DNA of 64,000 bases, taken from the NCBI GenBank assembly GCA_977020255.1, contig CDROCS010002834.1:372001-436000 (forward strand), written 5' to 3'. Shown here in pieces: positions 30,293 to 41,400 of the stretch (within the stretch, counting starts at the first letter, position 1; the number at the start of each line of letters is the position of its first letter). The notes under the pieces are model-generated. The model had not been told where the DNA came from. It saw only the letters and a list, made by a program, of their open reading frames with translations, and searched no databases. The DNA is from Obrimoposthia wandeli. Taxonomy: Eukaryota. A program made the position numbers and the translations under genes.

Positions 30293-31543
30293 TTATTTGT
30301 CTTCCATGTAGCCAACAGGCATCTCAATTTGAGCAACGCCCGAATCGATCGCAGCTTGCGCTACCGCTTTAGCTACACGTGGAAGCAAACGTGGATCCAT
30401 TGGCTTTGGAATAATGTAGTTAACACCAAACTCAAGCTCATCTACGCCTGCCGCTTTCATGACTTCAGCTGGTACTGGCTCTTTCGTTAATTCACGAATC
30501 GCTTTTACCGCTGCTAGCTTCATTTCATCATTAATTTCGCTCGCACGTACATCTAACGCACCACGGAAAATAAACGGGAAACAAATAACGTTGTTTACCT
30601 GGTTAGGGTAATCAGAACGACCAGTACCCATTATCAGATCATCACGAACGGCATGTGCTAATTCTGGTTTAATTTCAGGATCAGGGTTTGAACATGCAAA
30701 CACAACGGGCTTATCAGCCATTAGCTTAAGCGCTTCTGGTGCCAGTAAATTTGGCCCCGATACACCAACAAAAATATCCGCACCGTCAATAACATCTTCC
30801 AGCGTACGCTTATCAGTGTTATTCGCAAACAGCTGCTTATATTCGTTGATATCATCACGACGAGTATGAATAACACCTTTACGATCAAGCATGTATATTT
30901 TTTCGCGCTGAGCACCAGATTTAATCAACAGTTCCATACACGCGACAGCAGCCGCACCAGCACCTAAACATACAATGACAGACTCGCTGATTTCTTTGCC
31001 TTGAATTTCAAGTGCATTCAACATGCCTGCAGCCGTTACGATCGCTGTACCGTGCTGATCATCGTGGAATACCGGAATAGAACAACGCTCAATCAGACGT
31101 TTTTCAATTTCAAAACAGTCTGGTGCTTTAATGTCTTCAAGGTTAATACCACCAAAGGTATCCGCAATGTTTGCCACTGTATCAACAAACTCATCAATGG
31201 TGCGGTGCTTCACTTCGATGTCGATAGAGTCTAAACCAGCAAAGCGCTTAAACAATAAAGATTTACCTTCCATTACAGGCTTCGATGCCAATGGACCAAG
31301 ATTACCTAACCCTAAGATAGCTGTACCGTTGGTAATAACCGCAACCATGTTACCTTTGCCGGTATATTTATAAACATTTTCAGCATTTTGCGCGATTTCT
31401 CGAACGGGTTCAGCAACACCAGGGCTATATGCCAAAGCAAGATCTTGAACAGTATCTGCTGGCTTTGTCAGCGCAATGGCCGTTTTTCCTGGTACAGGGT
31501 AAGCATGGTAATTAAGAGCTTGTTGGCGAAAATCTTCCGACAT
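30293..31543 (-). CDS. maeB: NADP-dependent malic enzyme, short form without PTA-like domain
   Basis: LAYSPGVA, INLEDI, FHDDQHGTA, GAGAAA, SDYPNQVNN. Confidence 0.92.
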   Translation of the reverse strand: MSEDFRQQALNYHAYPVPGKTAIALTKPADTVQDLALAYSPGVAEPVREIAQNAENVYKYTGKGNMVAVITNGTAILGLGNLGPLASKPVMEGKSLLFKRFAGLDSIDIEVKHRTIDEFVDTVANIADTFGGINLEDIKAPDCFEIEKRLIERCSIPVFHDDQHGTAIVTAAGMLNALEIQGKEISESVIVCLGAGAAAVACMELLIKSGAQREKIYMLDRKGVIHTRRDDINEYKQLFANNTDKRTLEDVIDGADIFVGVSGPNLLAPEALKLMADKPVVFACSNPDPEIKPELAHAVRDDLIMGTGRSDYPNQVNNVICFPFIFRGALDVRASEINDEMKLAAVKAIRELTKEPVPAEVMKAAGVDELEFGVNYIIPKPMDPRLLPRVAKAVAQAAIDSGVAQIEMPVGYMEDK

Positions 31544-31825
31544 AATGTTCTGGTCCTAGGTAACAGGCGGTCTCGATCCTGAATGAAAATGATGTTCAGT
31601 TCGGTTTGGGAGGTAGATCATATTATATCGTGCTACAAAATCCTAGCGCAGCGCAACGGGTCAAGCCAATTGAATTCTTATATATGATAACTCAATCAGA
31701 TAAGTGGGTATAAATTGTGCTACACAAATAAGATAGGCGAATAAAGAGGTGTGAGCCATCACGCACAGTAAGGCCTGCATCGTTTTAGCTTAATAAAGAA
31801 ATATGAGGAATACCAAATAACAGGC

Positions 31826-31849
31826 AAAAAAAAGGATGCATAAGCATCC
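31826..31849 (-). terminator. rpmE terminator
   Basis: AAAAAAAA-GGATGC-ATAA-GCATCC. Confidence 0.8.
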
Positions 31850-31874
31850 CCTTTCATCGGAATTCAATGGGCAA

Positions 31875-32087
31875 TTACTTGCTACCAAGACCACCGAAAC
31901 GTTTGTTGAACTTATCAACACGACCACCAGAGCTAACTTGACGTTGCTTACCAGTGTAGAATGGGTGACATTTGTCACACACATCAAGGTTTACATCTTT
32001 AGTCATAGTAGACTGAAAAATGAATGTGTTGCCGCAAGAACAACGAGCGTTCGTTGCACTGTAATCAGGGTGGATACCTTGTTTCAT
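31875..32087 (-). CDS. rpmE: 50S ribosomal protein L31, Zn-binding type
   Basis: [13 protein letters not shown]...[14 protein letters not shown]. Confidence 0.98.
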   Translation of the reverse strand: MKQGIHPDYSATNARCSCGNTFIFQSTMTKDVNLDVCDKCHPFYTGKQRQVSSGGRVDKFNKRFGGLGSK

Positions 32088-32150
32088 GGGAAAACCTCAA
32101 GTATAAGGCCGCGTCGCTCTCCCGATCCAAAGCCGGGCACCACACGTCGT
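32088..32150 (-). promoter_or_regulatory. Putative L31 autoregulatory leader
   Basis: GAGCGACGCGGCCTT...GAGGTTTTCCC-ATG closely resembles the recalled E. coli rpmE 5'UTR; CCCG/CGGG hairpin. Confidence 0.55.
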
Positions 32151-32409
32151 TAAAAATAGTATGCCGCATAAACGACAAATTAGGCCGCGTATAGTAATCA
32201 ATCATTACGCTCAGATCAACCGACACGCTACTATTTTCATCGTTTATCGACTAAGTATAACGAAGTACTCTATCAATGGTGGCCAAGTTGCTAATCAATT
32301 TGGGATAAACTGTCGTGCGTTGTACACTTCAAACTCAATCAGTAAACCATCTGTGACGCTTTAACAGCATAATGCTTTAAAATAGTCACAGCTTCATCTT
32401 CGGTTCGTT

Positions 32410-34611
32410 ATGACATCCAATATTGCCAGAGTGGCGCTTCCTGTCCCATTGGACAAAACATTTGATTACCTTATAAAAACAGGCGCTTTCCCTGTGGTAG
32501 GAGGTCGCGTAAAAGTGCCATTTGGACGCCAACAACTGGTCGGTATTGTTGTTGAAATCACTGATAAATCTGATTTCCCAATCGCACAGCTTAAACCCAT
32601 CTATACCGTTATCGATCAAGCGCCATTATGGACTTCAACGCTGTTTAGCTTGTTATTTTGGGCAAGCAATTATTACCAATACCCATTAGGCGATACATTA
32701 GCCAATTCAATGCCGGGGTTACTGCGTAAAGGGCGAGTCGCATCAACGGGCACGCTCAAGTACTGGGCAATAACAGAAGCTGGTCGCGATCAGCCAATCA
32801 CGGCACTTAAACGTGCGCCTCGCCAAGTACAAGTGTTGAATATATTAAGAAGCGGGAATCGCAGCCATGAAGCCCTGCTCGCTGAAGACGTCAGCTCAGC
32901 CACGTTAAAAACACTGGCAGATAAAGACTGGATAACCGAATTACAAGAAAAGCCCCGCCTTGTCGATTGGCACAAGCACTTTGCGATCACAGAAGAAAAG
33001 CCTCGCTTAAATGAAGAACAAGCCTTAACCATTGCGACAATTAATGCCAATCCTGAGTTCGGTTGTTACTTACTAGAAGGAGTAACAGGTTCGGGTAAAA
33101 CCGAAGTGTACCTGAATGCTTTAGAGCCAATATTAGCGGCAGGTAAACAAGCATTAATACTCGTACCTGAAATCGGTTTAACCCCACAAACCATTAACCG
33201 CTTTCGTCGCCGCTTCAATGTGCCACTTGAAACCGTGCATTCTGGTCTAAATGATACTGAACGCCTATCTTCATGGTTAGCTGGTCGAGATAATCAAGCA
33301 GGGATCATTATCGGCACGCGCTCTGCTTTGTTCACGCCCTTTCATAATCTGGGCATCATCATTGTCGATGAAGAGCATGATGCGTCGTATAAACAACAAG
33401 ATAGCTTACGTTACCATGCTCGTGATCTCGCCGTTATGCGGGCGAATAAAGAAAACATTCCGATTGTTTTGGGGTCAGCAACCCCTGCACTAGAAAGCTT
33501 ACACAATGCTAAAACAGGTAAATATCACCACCTTCACCTTACCCGCCGAGCTGGTAACGCCCAACCTGCTCGTCATGGCGTGCTTGATGTAAAAGGCTTA
33601 TACCTTGATGCAGGGCTATCTGCCCCATTAATTGCCCAAATGCGTAAACATTTAACGGCAGGCAACCAAGTCATTTTGTTCTTAAACCGACGTGGGTTTT
33701 CCCCTGCCATGATTTGTCATGAATGTGGCTGGCTAGCAGAATGTGACCGCTGTGATGCGTATTACACACTGCATCAACAATCTGGTGAGCTGCGGTGTCA
33801 CCATTGCGGTAATCAACGCCCTATTATGCACCAATGTAATAGTTGCGGTTCGACTCAACTCAATTCAGTCGGAGTGGGCACAGAGCAATTAGAGCAACAA
33901 TTAGCAACCTTATTTCCTGAATACAAAACGGTACGTATTGATCGTGATAGCACCCGCCGAAAAGGGTCGCTAGAAGATTACCTAGAAGCGATTAAGAACA
34001 ATGAGTATCAAATTTTAATTGGTACTCAAATGCTGGCAAAAGGTCACCACTTTCCGAATGTTACCCTCGTCTCACTCATTGATGTCGACAGTGCATTATT
34101 CAGTAATGATTTTAGGGCATCAGAACGCCTTGCTCAGTTGTTTATTCAAGTCGCAGGTCGCGCAGGTCGCGCCAGTAAACCAGGTGAAGTTTTGCTACAA
34201 ACTCATCACCCAGAGCATGCTTTATTACAAGCTCTGTTACACAAAGGTTATGATAATTTCGCCGATAATGCCTTAGTCGAACGAAAAGAAGCACTGTTAC
34301 CTCCTTTCACTCATTTGGCACTGTTTCGTTCAGAAGCCAACAATAGCGATCAGGTTTGTCAATTTTTACAACAAATACGGGGCATATTTGAATCTAGCCC
34401 CTTGTTTAATCAAGACACCTTTATTATGGGGCCCAACCCCGCCCCTCTGGCACGTCGAGCAGGGCGCTATCGCTGGCAATTGCTTCTTCAAGCACCAGAT
34501 CGTAAAACCTTACAGCGCATGTTAGCGATAGCTAAACCCGCGATTCAGCTGTTACCCTTAGCAAAAAAAGTACGGTGGTCGATCGATGTTGAACCACAAG
34601 ATTTAACTTAA
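32410..34611 (+). CDS. priA: Primosomal protein N' helicase
   Basis: GVTGSGKTEVY, DEEH, two Zn-finger Cys clusters, GTQMLAKG, QVAGRAGR. Confidence 0.98.
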   Translation: MTSNIARVALPVPLDKTFDYLIKTGAFPVVGGRVKVPFGRQQLVGIVVEITDKSDFPIAQLKPIYTVIDQAPLWTSTLFSLLFWASNYYQYPLGDTLANSMPGLLRKGRVASTGTLKYWAITEAGRDQPITALKRAPRQVQVLNILRSGNRSHEALLAEDVSSATLKTLADKDWITELQEKPRLVDWHKHFAITEEKPRLNEEQALTIATINANPEFGCYLLEGVTGSGKTEVYLNALEPILAAGKQALILVPEIGLTPQTINRFRRRFNVPLETVHSGLNDTERLSSWLAGRDNQAGIIIGTRSALFTPFHNLGIIIVDEEHDASYKQQDSLRYHARDLAVMRANKENIPIVLGSATPALESLHNAKTGKYHHLHLTRRAGNAQPARHGVLDVKGLYLDAGLSAPLIAQMRKHLTAGNQVILFLNRRGFSPAMICHECGWLAECDRCDAYYTLHQQSGELRCHHCGNQRPIMHQCNSCGSTQLNSVGVGTEQLEQQLATLFPEYKTVRIDRDSTRRKGSLEDYLEAIKNNEYQILIGTQMLAKGHHFPNVTLVSLIDVDSALFSNDFRASERLAQLFIQVAGRAGRASKPGEVLLQTHHPEHALLQALLHKGYDNFADNALVERKEALLPPFTHLALFRSEANNSDQVCQFLQQIRGIFESSPLFNQDTFIMGPNPAPLARRAGRYRWQLLLQAPDRKTLQRMLAIAKPAIQLLPLAKKVRWSIDVEPQDLT

Positions 34612-34620
34612 AATGAGCAA

Positions 34621-34636
34621 TGCGACATAAGTCACA
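34621..34636. promoter_or_regulatory. CRP site upstream of cytR
   Basis: TGCGA-CATAAG-TCACA (9/10 to TGTGA-N6-TCACA). Confidence 0.8.
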
Positions 34637-34782
34637 TGTTGAATGTAATTTATGCTAAAAAAACCATGTTTAATCAACAACAGAGCGCATACAATAAGAT
34701 GCTTGCTGGTCATGGTATCTGCTCATTTTGGCTAAGGTCCTCCAGCATATTAAGAGAGAAATAATAGAGAGGAACTGTAAAT

Positions 34783-35787
34783 ATGGCGACAATGAAGGAC
34801 GTTGCCCAGCTAGCTGGAGTCTCTACTGCTACGGTTTCCCGTGCATTAATGAACCCAGAAAAGGTCTCGGCATCGACCCGTAAAAAAGTCGAACAAGCCG
34901 TTATGGAAGCTGGTTATTCCCCCAATTCACTGGCGAGAAACCTGCGCCGCAATGAATCAAAAACTATTGTCACTATCGTACCTGACATCTGTGATCCCTA
35001 CTTCACAGAGATTATTCGTGGTATCGAAGAAGCTGCGATGGAGCATGGCTACTTAGTCTTACTCGGTGATAGTGGACAACAAAAAAACCGTGAAAACTCA
35101 TTTGTTAATTTAGTCTTCACCAAACAAGCTGATGGTATGTTGTTGTTGGGCACTGATTTACCGTTTGATGTCAGCAAACCCGAACAAAAAAACCTACCAC
35201 CATTAGTCATGGCATGTGAATACGCACCAGAACTTGAGCTGCCAACCGTTCACATCGATAACTTAACTGCCGCCTATGAAGCCGTAAACTATTTAACTCA
35301 GATGGGTCATAAGCGTATTGCGCAAGTTTCTGGGCCTGATCAAGCAGCGCTGTGCCAATTCCGCGCGCAAGGTTATCAGCAAGCACTTCGTCGTGCAGGC
35401 ATAGAGTTAAACCCTGCTTACACCGTTAAAGGTGATTTCTCGTTTGCGGCAGGTGCACGGGCTGTAACCGCCCTACTTTCATTACCTGAGCCACCAACGG
35501 CATTATTCTGTCACAGTGATGTGATGGCCATTGGTGCAATGCAACAAGCCAAACGTCTCGGTTTACACGTACCTCAAGACCTATCTATTGTGGGCTTTGA
35601 TGATATTCAATTTGCAGAATATTGCGATCCACCGTTAACCACAGTTTCACAGCCACGTTATGAAATTGGTCGCCAAGCAATGTTGATGCTACTTGAACTA
35701 TTGAAAGGCAAAGATGTTCGTGCTGGCTCGCGTTTACTTGATGCAAAACTGGTCATTCGCGAAAGTGCCGCGCCACCATCAATGTAA
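34783..35787 (+). CDS. cytR: LacI-family regulator CytR
   Basis: MATMKDVAQLAGVSTATVSRAL; priA-cytR-ftsN synteny. Confidence 0.97.
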   Translation: MATMKDVAQLAGVSTATVSRALMNPEKVSASTRKKVEQAVMEAGYSPNSLARNLRRNESKTIVTIVPDICDPYFTEIIRGIEEAAMEHGYLVLLGDSGQQKNRENSFVNLVFTKQADGMLLLGTDLPFDVSKPEQKNLPPLVMACEYAPELELPTVHIDNLTAAYEAVNYLTQMGHKRIAQVSGPDQAALCQFRAQGYQQALRRAGIELNPAYTVKGDFSFAAGARAVTALLSLPEPPTALFCHSDVMAIGAMQQAKRLGLHVPQDLSIVGFDDIQFAEYCDPPLTTVSQPRYEIGRQAMLMLLELLKGKDVRAGSRLLDAKLVIRESAAPPSM

Positions 35788-35796
35788 TCACACGCT

Positions 35797-35822
35797 GAAA
35801 TAAGTGAGCTTATTTCTTTTTT
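35797..35822 (+). terminator. AT-rich terminator after cytR
   Basis: GAAATAAG-TGAG-CTTATTTC-TTTTTT. Confidence 0.55.
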
Positions 35823-35950
35823 GGACATAAGCTCACACTTTCTCATCGTAAAAAAGCGATTATTCCTCAAGTGATTGATTCAAACACTAGTCAGGTACGG
35901 CGCAAGTTTGTACCATAGCCCAATTGTGATTCTTGTAATGTTTTATCATT

Positions 35951-36580
35951 GTGGCCACTAAAGATTATGTGAAACGCGGACGCTCGCCAAAAAAGCCAGC
36001 CCGCCAAAACCGAAAAGCCCCAGCTTCCACTGGATTCCCTATCAAATGGGGACTTATAGCACTGACATTAGTCGGTGCGCTTGGCTATGGCTTGTATTTC
36101 TTATCCAGCTCTCCAGCACCTGCCACTCAGCCAATTCCAAAAGCTGAAGCCGTGAAACCTCAGCCAATATTGACACCAGAAAAAACCACAACGAAAAAAA
36201 CAACTCAACCCGTGGTGAAAACCCCAAGTAAAGCCAAAGAAACCAGCACACTTCCACCGAAGCCTGAAGAAAAATGGCGTTACATCGAAGAGTTGAAAAA
36301 CAAAGAAATACAAATTGAAGCCAAAAAAGCCGATAACAAGCCAACCAAACCTTATCTGATGCAATGTGGGGCATACCGCAGCCAAGATCAGGCTGAACAG
36401 CGTAAAGCGATGATTGCTTTTCAGGGGTTAGATAGCCAAGTTAAAGCATCGGCCGGAGAAAAAGGCACATGGTACCGAGTCATCATTGGGCCTTACCCCA
36501 AAAAACGCCAAGCTGAAAACGACCGAAACATGTTAAAACGGGCAGGTATCGCCCCCTGCGCCATTTGGTTCTGGGAATAG
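35951..36580 (+). CDS. ftsN: Cell division protein FtsN
   Basis: KDYVKRGR N-terminus, TM helix, LPPKPEEKWRYIEEL essential region, SPOR domain. Confidence 0.95.
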   Translation: MATKDYVKRGRSPKKPARQNRKAPASTGFPIKWGLIALTLVGALGYGLYFLSSSPAPATQPIPKAEAVKPQPILTPEKTTTKKTTQPVVKTPSKAKETSTLPPKPEEKWRYIEELKNKEIQIEAKKADNKPTKPYLMQCGAYRSQDQAEQRKAMIAFQGLDSQVKASAGEKGTWYRVIIGPYPKKRQAENDRNMLKRAGIAPCAIWFWE

Positions 36581-36611
36581 TCATTCCAGTATCAACACCT
36601 AAATGAATGTG

Positions 36612-36638
36612 AAAAAGGATGCCTCGGCATCCTTTTTT
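36612..36638 (+). terminator. ftsN terminator
   Basis: AAAAAGGATGC-CTCG-GCATCCTTTTTT. Confidence 0.85.
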
Positions 36639-36653
36639 GTTACCTCTACATAC

Positions 36654-36682
36654 CTTGAAAAACAAATACACCACCCCCAGAT
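36654..36682 (+). promoter_or_regulatory. Sigma32 heat-shock promoter of hslVU
   Basis: CTTGAAA-N14-CCCCAGAT. Confidence 0.85.
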
Positions 36683-36737
36683 ATACTAATAACATCGATC
36701 TCGGCATTAAGCCGAAGAGAATCAAAGGGGTTCAACC

Positions 36738-37265
36738 GTGACAACAATCGTATCTGTACGTCGAAACGGTAAAGTCGTAATTGCTGGTGACGGTCAAGTC
36801 TCTCTTGGCAACACAGTAATGAAAGGCAACGCTCGTAAAGTACGTCGTTTGTATAACAACAAAGTACTCGCGGGTTTTGCAGGCGGCACCGCTGATGCCT
36901 TCACTCTATTCGAACGTTTTGAGCGTAAGCTTGAAATGCATCAAGGTCACTTGCTGAAATCAGCAGTCGAGCTTGCTAAAGACTGGCGCACCGATCGTGC
37001 GCTACGTAAATTGGAAGCTATTTTAGCTGTAGCGGATGAAACTGGCTCATTAATTATCACTGGTAACGGTGATGTGGTTCAGCCTGAAAATGATTTAATT
37101 GCGATTGGTTCTGGCGGTAATTTCGCTCAAGCAGCAGCAACCGCATTATTAGAAAACACCGATTTAGGTGCGCGTGAAATTGCTGAAAAATCACTGAATA
37201 TCGCTGGCGATATCTGTGTATTCACCAATCATAATCACACCATTGAAGAGCTAGAAACTAAGTAA
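36738..37265 (+). CDS. hslV: ATP-dependent protease subunit HslV
   Basis: N-terminal [14 protein letters not shown]. Confidence 0.99.
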   Translation: MTTIVSVRRNGKVVIAGDGQVSLGNTVMKGNARKVRRLYNNKVLAGFAGGTADAFTLFERFERKLEMHQGHLLKSAVELAKDWRTDRALRKLEAILAVADETGSLIITGNGDVVQPENDLIAIGSGGNFAQAAATALLENTDLGAREIAEKSLNIAGDICVFTNHNHTIEELETK

Positions 37266-37275
37266 GGAAGTTGCA

Positions 37276-38607
37276 ATGTCTGAGATGACCCCACGCGAAA
37301 TCGTCCATGAGCTTGATCGCCATATTATCGGTCAAGATAAAGCTAAACGTGCTGTTGCGATTGCATTACGTAACCGCTGGCGTCGCATGCAACTTCCAGA
37401 AGAGCTGCGTGTTGAAGTTACACCTAAAAACATTCTGATGATTGGTCCAACGGGTGTCGGTAAAACTGAAATCGCTCGTCGTTTGGCAAAACTAGCTAAC
37501 GCACCTTTTATCAAAGTTGAAGCCACGAAATTCACCGAAGTGGGCTACGTCGGTAAAGAAGTTGAAACGATCATTCGCGACTTAACTGATGTTGCAGTAA
37601 AGATGACGCATCAACAAGCGATGAGCAAAGTACAATTTCACGCAGAAGAATTAGCTGAAGACCGTATTCTTGATGTGCTGCTACCACCCGCTCGTGATCA
37701 GTGGGGGCAGAATGAAGAGAACGATACTGACTCTTCAACGCGTCAGTCATTCCGTAAGAAATTACGCGAAGGCAAGCTTGACGATAAAGAAATTGAAATG
37801 GATATTGCTGCACCGCAAATGGGTGTAGAGATCATGGCTCCTCCTGGAATGGAAGACATGACAAACCAGCTTCAAGGTATGTTCCAAAACCTGGCTGGTA
37901 ACACAAGTAAAAAACGCAAGATGAAAATCAAAGATGCCATTAAAGCTGCGATTGAAGAAGAAGCCGCTAAATTGGTTAATCAAGACGAATTAAAAGAACA
38001 GGCAATTTTCTCGGTAGAGAACAATGGCATCGTTTTCCTTGATGAAATCGACAAGATTTGTAAACGTGGTGACTCTTCAGGTCCTGATGTTTCACGCGAA
38101 GGTGTTCAGCGCGACCTACTGCCATTAGTAGAAGGTAGCACCGTATCAACTAAACACGGTATGGTGAAAACGGATCACATCTTGTTTGTGGCTTCTGGCG
38201 CATTCCAAATGTCGAAACCATCAGATTTAATCCCTGAACTGCAAGGTCGCCTACCTATTCGAGTAGAGCTTGAAGCACTGACGAGCCATGACTTTAAACG
38301 TATCCTAACCGAGCCTAATGCTTCTCTAACCGAACAGTACAAAGCATTGATGGCGACAGAATCTGTCAATATCGACTTCTCTGAAGACGGTATCAATAAG
38401 ATTGCGGATGCGGCATGGCAAGTTAACGAGCGTACTGAGAATATCGGTGCCCGTCGCTTACATACTGTTATGGAACGTTTGATGGAAGAACTGTCTTTCG
38501 ATGCCACTGATAGATCAGATGAATTAGTGATGATTGATGAAGCTTATGTTAATGAGCGTCTCGGTGAGTTGGTTGAAGATGAAGATTTAAGTCGCTTCAT
38601 TCTGTAA
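37276..38607 (+). CDS. hslU: ATP-dependent protease ATPase HslU
   Basis: [36 protein letters not shown]. Confidence 0.99.
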   Translation: MSEMTPREIVHELDRHIIGQDKAKRAVAIALRNRWRRMQLPEELRVEVTPKNILMIGPTGVGKTEIARRLAKLANAPFIKVEATKFTEVGYVGKEVETIIRDLTDVAVKMTHQQAMSKVQFHAEELAEDRILDVLLPPARDQWGQNEENDTDSSTRQSFRKKLREGKLDDKEIEMDIAAPQMGVEIMAPPGMEDMTNQLQGMFQNLAGNTSKKRKMKIKDAIKAAIEEEAAKLVNQDELKEQAIFSVENNGIVFLDEIDKICKRGDSSGPDVSREGVQRDLLPLVEGSTVSTKHGMVKTDHILFVASGAFQMSKPSDLIPELQGRLPIRVELEALTSHDFKRILTEPNASLTEQYKALMATESVNIDFSEDGINKIADAAWQVNERTENIGARRLHTVMERLMEELSFDATDRSDELVMIDEAYVNERLGELVEDEDLSRFIL

Positions 38608-38653
38608 CGAAAAGCATTATGGCAAGCGAAAGATAACCGACTGTAAAAACATT

Positions 38654-38682
38654 AAACGGTGCCATATGGCGCCGTTTTTTTT
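38654..38682 (+). terminator. hslVU terminator
   Basis: AAACGGTGCC-ATAT-GGCGCCGTTTTTTT. Confidence 0.85.
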
Positions 38683-38772
38683 GTTTTTAAACAAACATTG
38701 ATCGGATAAATTTGCCCCTCGCTATAATTGCGCCATAATAGCCGTTCTACAGTTTTTTAAAGCACACTGATT

Positions 38773-39678
38773 ATGAAATCATCTTCACTCGCAATTTGGC
38801 TCGATGCAGCAAGACCTAAAACCTTGCCATTGGCCATCGCATCAATTGTATGCGGCAGTGCAGTGGCAGGATGGCAAGGAAGTTTCTCTGCTTCAATTGC
38901 AGGGCTCGCTCTGCTAACCGCACTTTTACTCCAAATTTTATCGAACCTCGCCAATGATTATGGCGATGCGGTAAAAGGTACCGATAATGATGACCGTATT
39001 GGCCCACAACGTGCAATCCAATCAGGATTAGTCACCAAAGGGGCAATGCAAAAAGCCATGGCATTGAATATTGTACTGACAGTTACCAGTGGTTTAACGC
39101 TCATTGTTCTCGCCTGTAATAATCTAAAAGACATGTTTGGCTTCATGCTATTAGGTGTAATGGCTATTGCTGCTTCCATCGCTTACACCGTGGGTAATAA
39201 GCCCTATGGTTACCGTGGTTTGGGTGATATCTCAGTACTCACATTCTTTGGTTGGCTTGGCGTAGCAGGAACGTATTACCTGCAAGCCGGGCAAATTGAC
39301 TCAATCATCATGTTACCTGCAACGGCCTGTGGTTTACTTGCTGTTGGGGTGTTAAATATTAACAACCTACGTGACATTGATAATGACCGTGCCTGTGGCA
39401 AGCTTACTCTTGCAGTACGCATGGGGCCTGATTGGGGACGTAAATATCACCTCTTTTTACTAACTGGCAGTATTGTTTGTCTTTCACTCTTTGCAGGGTT
39501 AGAGCTTCGCTCACCGTTTGGTTGGTTATTTATTTTAAGTGCGCCTTTGTTGTTTCAACATGGGAAGCAGGTTTTTCAATCAACAGATGGAGCCGCGCTT
39601 CGTCCTATGATGGCAACCATGGTGAAGTGCGCACTTCTGACTAATTTGTTATTTGCCGCAGGCGTTATACTGGCTTAA
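38773..39678 (+). CDS. menA: 1,4-dihydroxy-2-naphthoate octaprenyltransferase
   Basis: ARPKTL, NLANDYGD, NINNLRDIDND. Confidence 0.97.
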   Translation: MKSSSLAIWLDAARPKTLPLAIASIVCGSAVAGWQGSFSASIAGLALLTALLLQILSNLANDYGDAVKGTDNDDRIGPQRAIQSGLVTKGAMQKAMALNIVLTVTSGLTLIVLACNNLKDMFGFMLLGVMAIAASIAYTVGNKPYGYRGLGDISVLTFFGWLGVAGTYYLQAGQIDSIIMLPATACGLLAVGVLNINNLRDIDNDRACGKLTLAVRMGPDWGRKYHLFLLTGSIVCLSLFAGLELRSPFGWLFILSAPLLFQHGKQVFQSTDGAALRPMMATMVKCALLTNLLFAAGVILA

Positions 39679-39693
39679 AACGTTTAACCTCTG

Positions 39694-39721
39694 TTGCATC
39701 GGTTGACGAGCTGGTTATAAT
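39694..39721 (+). promoter_or_regulatory. Putative sigma70 promoter of rraA
   Basis: TTGCAT-16 nt-TATAAT. Confidence 0.55.
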
Positions 39722-39823
39722 TTCAACAAGCGAATTACTTTCGAGCATAGGGCTTATCGATAAGCACCTGAAAGTATTGAAATGACAGCACCTGTTTCTT
39801 TTACTACGAGAAGAAGTTAGCGT

Positions 39824-40309
39824 ATGGAATATAACACGTCCGAACTATGTGACATTTATCTTGATCAGGTTGATGTTATTGAGCCAATGTTCAATTCTTA
39901 TGGTGGTCGCAGTTCCTTCGGTGGGCAAATTACTACGGTAAAATGTTTCGAAGATAATGCATTACTTAGAACGGTATTACAGCAACCCGGTGTCGGTCGA
40001 GTATTGCTTGTTGACGGTGGCGGCTCACTACGTCGAGCGCTCATTGATGCTGACATTGCTCAGCTAGCAATGGAGAATGAGTGGGAAGGTTTAATCGTCT
40101 ACGGTAGCGTGCGCAATGTCGATGACTTAGGTGAACTCGAGATTGGTATTCAAGCGATAGCGTCAATACCGGTAGGAGCGGATCAGCAAGGTGTAGGTGA
40201 TATTGATGTTGCCGTAAACTTTGGTGGCGTGACATTTTTACCAGAAGATCATATTTACGCTGACAACACAGGGGTTATTCTGTCGCCAGAACCACTCGAT
40301 ATCGAATAA
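39824..40309 (+). CDS. rraA: Regulator of RNase E activity RraA
   Basis: [25 protein letters not shown]. Confidence 0.97.
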   Translation: MEYNTSELCDIYLDQVDVIEPMFNSYGGRSSFGGQITTVKCFEDNALLRTVLQQPGVGRVLLVDGGGSLRRALIDADIAQLAMENEWEGLIVYGSVRNVDDLGELEIGIQAIASIPVGADQQGVGDIDVAVNFGGVTFLPEDHIYADNTGVILSPEPLDIE

Positions 40310-40340
40310 TCGAACCGGTGTAATAACCCACAGTGCTAAT

Positions 40341-40372
40341 AAAGAAACAGAGCCATCGGCTCTGTTTTTTTT
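40341..40372. terminator. Bidirectional terminator, rraA/zapB
   Basis: AAACAGAGCC-ATC-GGCTCTGTTTTTTTT. Confidence 0.85.
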
Positions 40373-40613
40373 ATTCTACGTGATCCATCTTACCTAGTAG
40401 AGTACGAACACGTTCTTGCCATGCTTGATGATCATTTTGTAATTTATCGTTATCTTGTGCAAGCGTTTCACGGTTTGAGCGTAACTCATTTGCTTCAGCT
40501 GTTAAACCTTCGTTCGTTTCTTTTAACTCTTCAATTTCCATCTGAAGCAAAGAAATTGTATCAACAGCCATTTGTACTTTGGCTTCTAGCTTTTCCAGCA
40601 TTTCTAATGACAT
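40371..40613 (-). CDS. zapB: Cell division protein ZapB
   Basis: MSLEMLEKLEAKVQMAVDTISLLQMEIEELKE coiled coil; WQERVRTLLGKM. Confidence 0.96.
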   Translation of the reverse strand: MSLEMLEKLEAKVQMAVDTISLLQMEIEELKETNEGLTAEANELRSNRETLAQDNDKLQNDHQAWQERVRTLLGKMDHVE

Positions 40614-41167
40614 ATTGTTCACCTGATATAAGCCCGCATCTCTCTTAAACCGTTAAGGGAATAACACGAGCATGGTTAAATTCGTTTATAAATCTATTCT
40701 AACGAGGCAGCCGCTCTCTGGCATCCACTATTCCACCTGTTAGTGGTAAATGGATAAATTTCACACAATATTGTTGAAATTTTTGCAAATAAAAAGGGCT
40801 GAGCTCTTATTTTAATAAGGTTTCGCACCACTTTAACCTTTGCAACCCGTACATCTTACAAGACAACGATTTCGCTCGCTACGCAATATAACTCGGTTAT
40901 GAACCCTATGCCTATTTACGATTACTCAATAAACTTGGATTAATACCTAATAAGCACACTTATCCACGGTATTGTTTGACAGTGTCATCGGTAATCTAAC
41001 TATTAAATCAACACACTAAAACATAAGTGACATACGTTCAGAATATTGAACTCATCGGACCAAAACGAAAGTAGATTGTCACACAAAACGACTAACATCT
41101 TGGTATTAAAAGAAAACAACGTTAAATGAATGTAAATGATTAAAAGTGCGATCTAACTCTATTTTCA

Positions 41168-41270
41168 TGCAGCATTCACATGCTAATTTTCATCTTGATC
41201 GTATCTCTCTTGGAGTTATCCAAGAATTCGCCACCTTGGCGCGCCCGACCTCACTTACGGTCGGGTTTTT
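41168..41270 (+). ncRNA. Candidate small RNA: three hairpins plus intrinsic terminator with no upstream gene
   Basis: AGCAT/ATGCT, TCTTGGA/TCCAAGA and CGCCA/TGGCG hairpins, then CCCGACC-8 nt-GGTCGGG-TTTTT. 5' end unknown. Confidence 0.4.
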
Positions 41271-41400
41271 CCTTTATATCAGTAACTTAAGTGATTACCC
41301 GTCATTTTCAAACTGCAACCTAAATCATATAAATCTAAAATGCCTGTTCAATCACAACAAAGCAAACGCTTGCGTTTATGAGCGTAATTATACAAATTTC

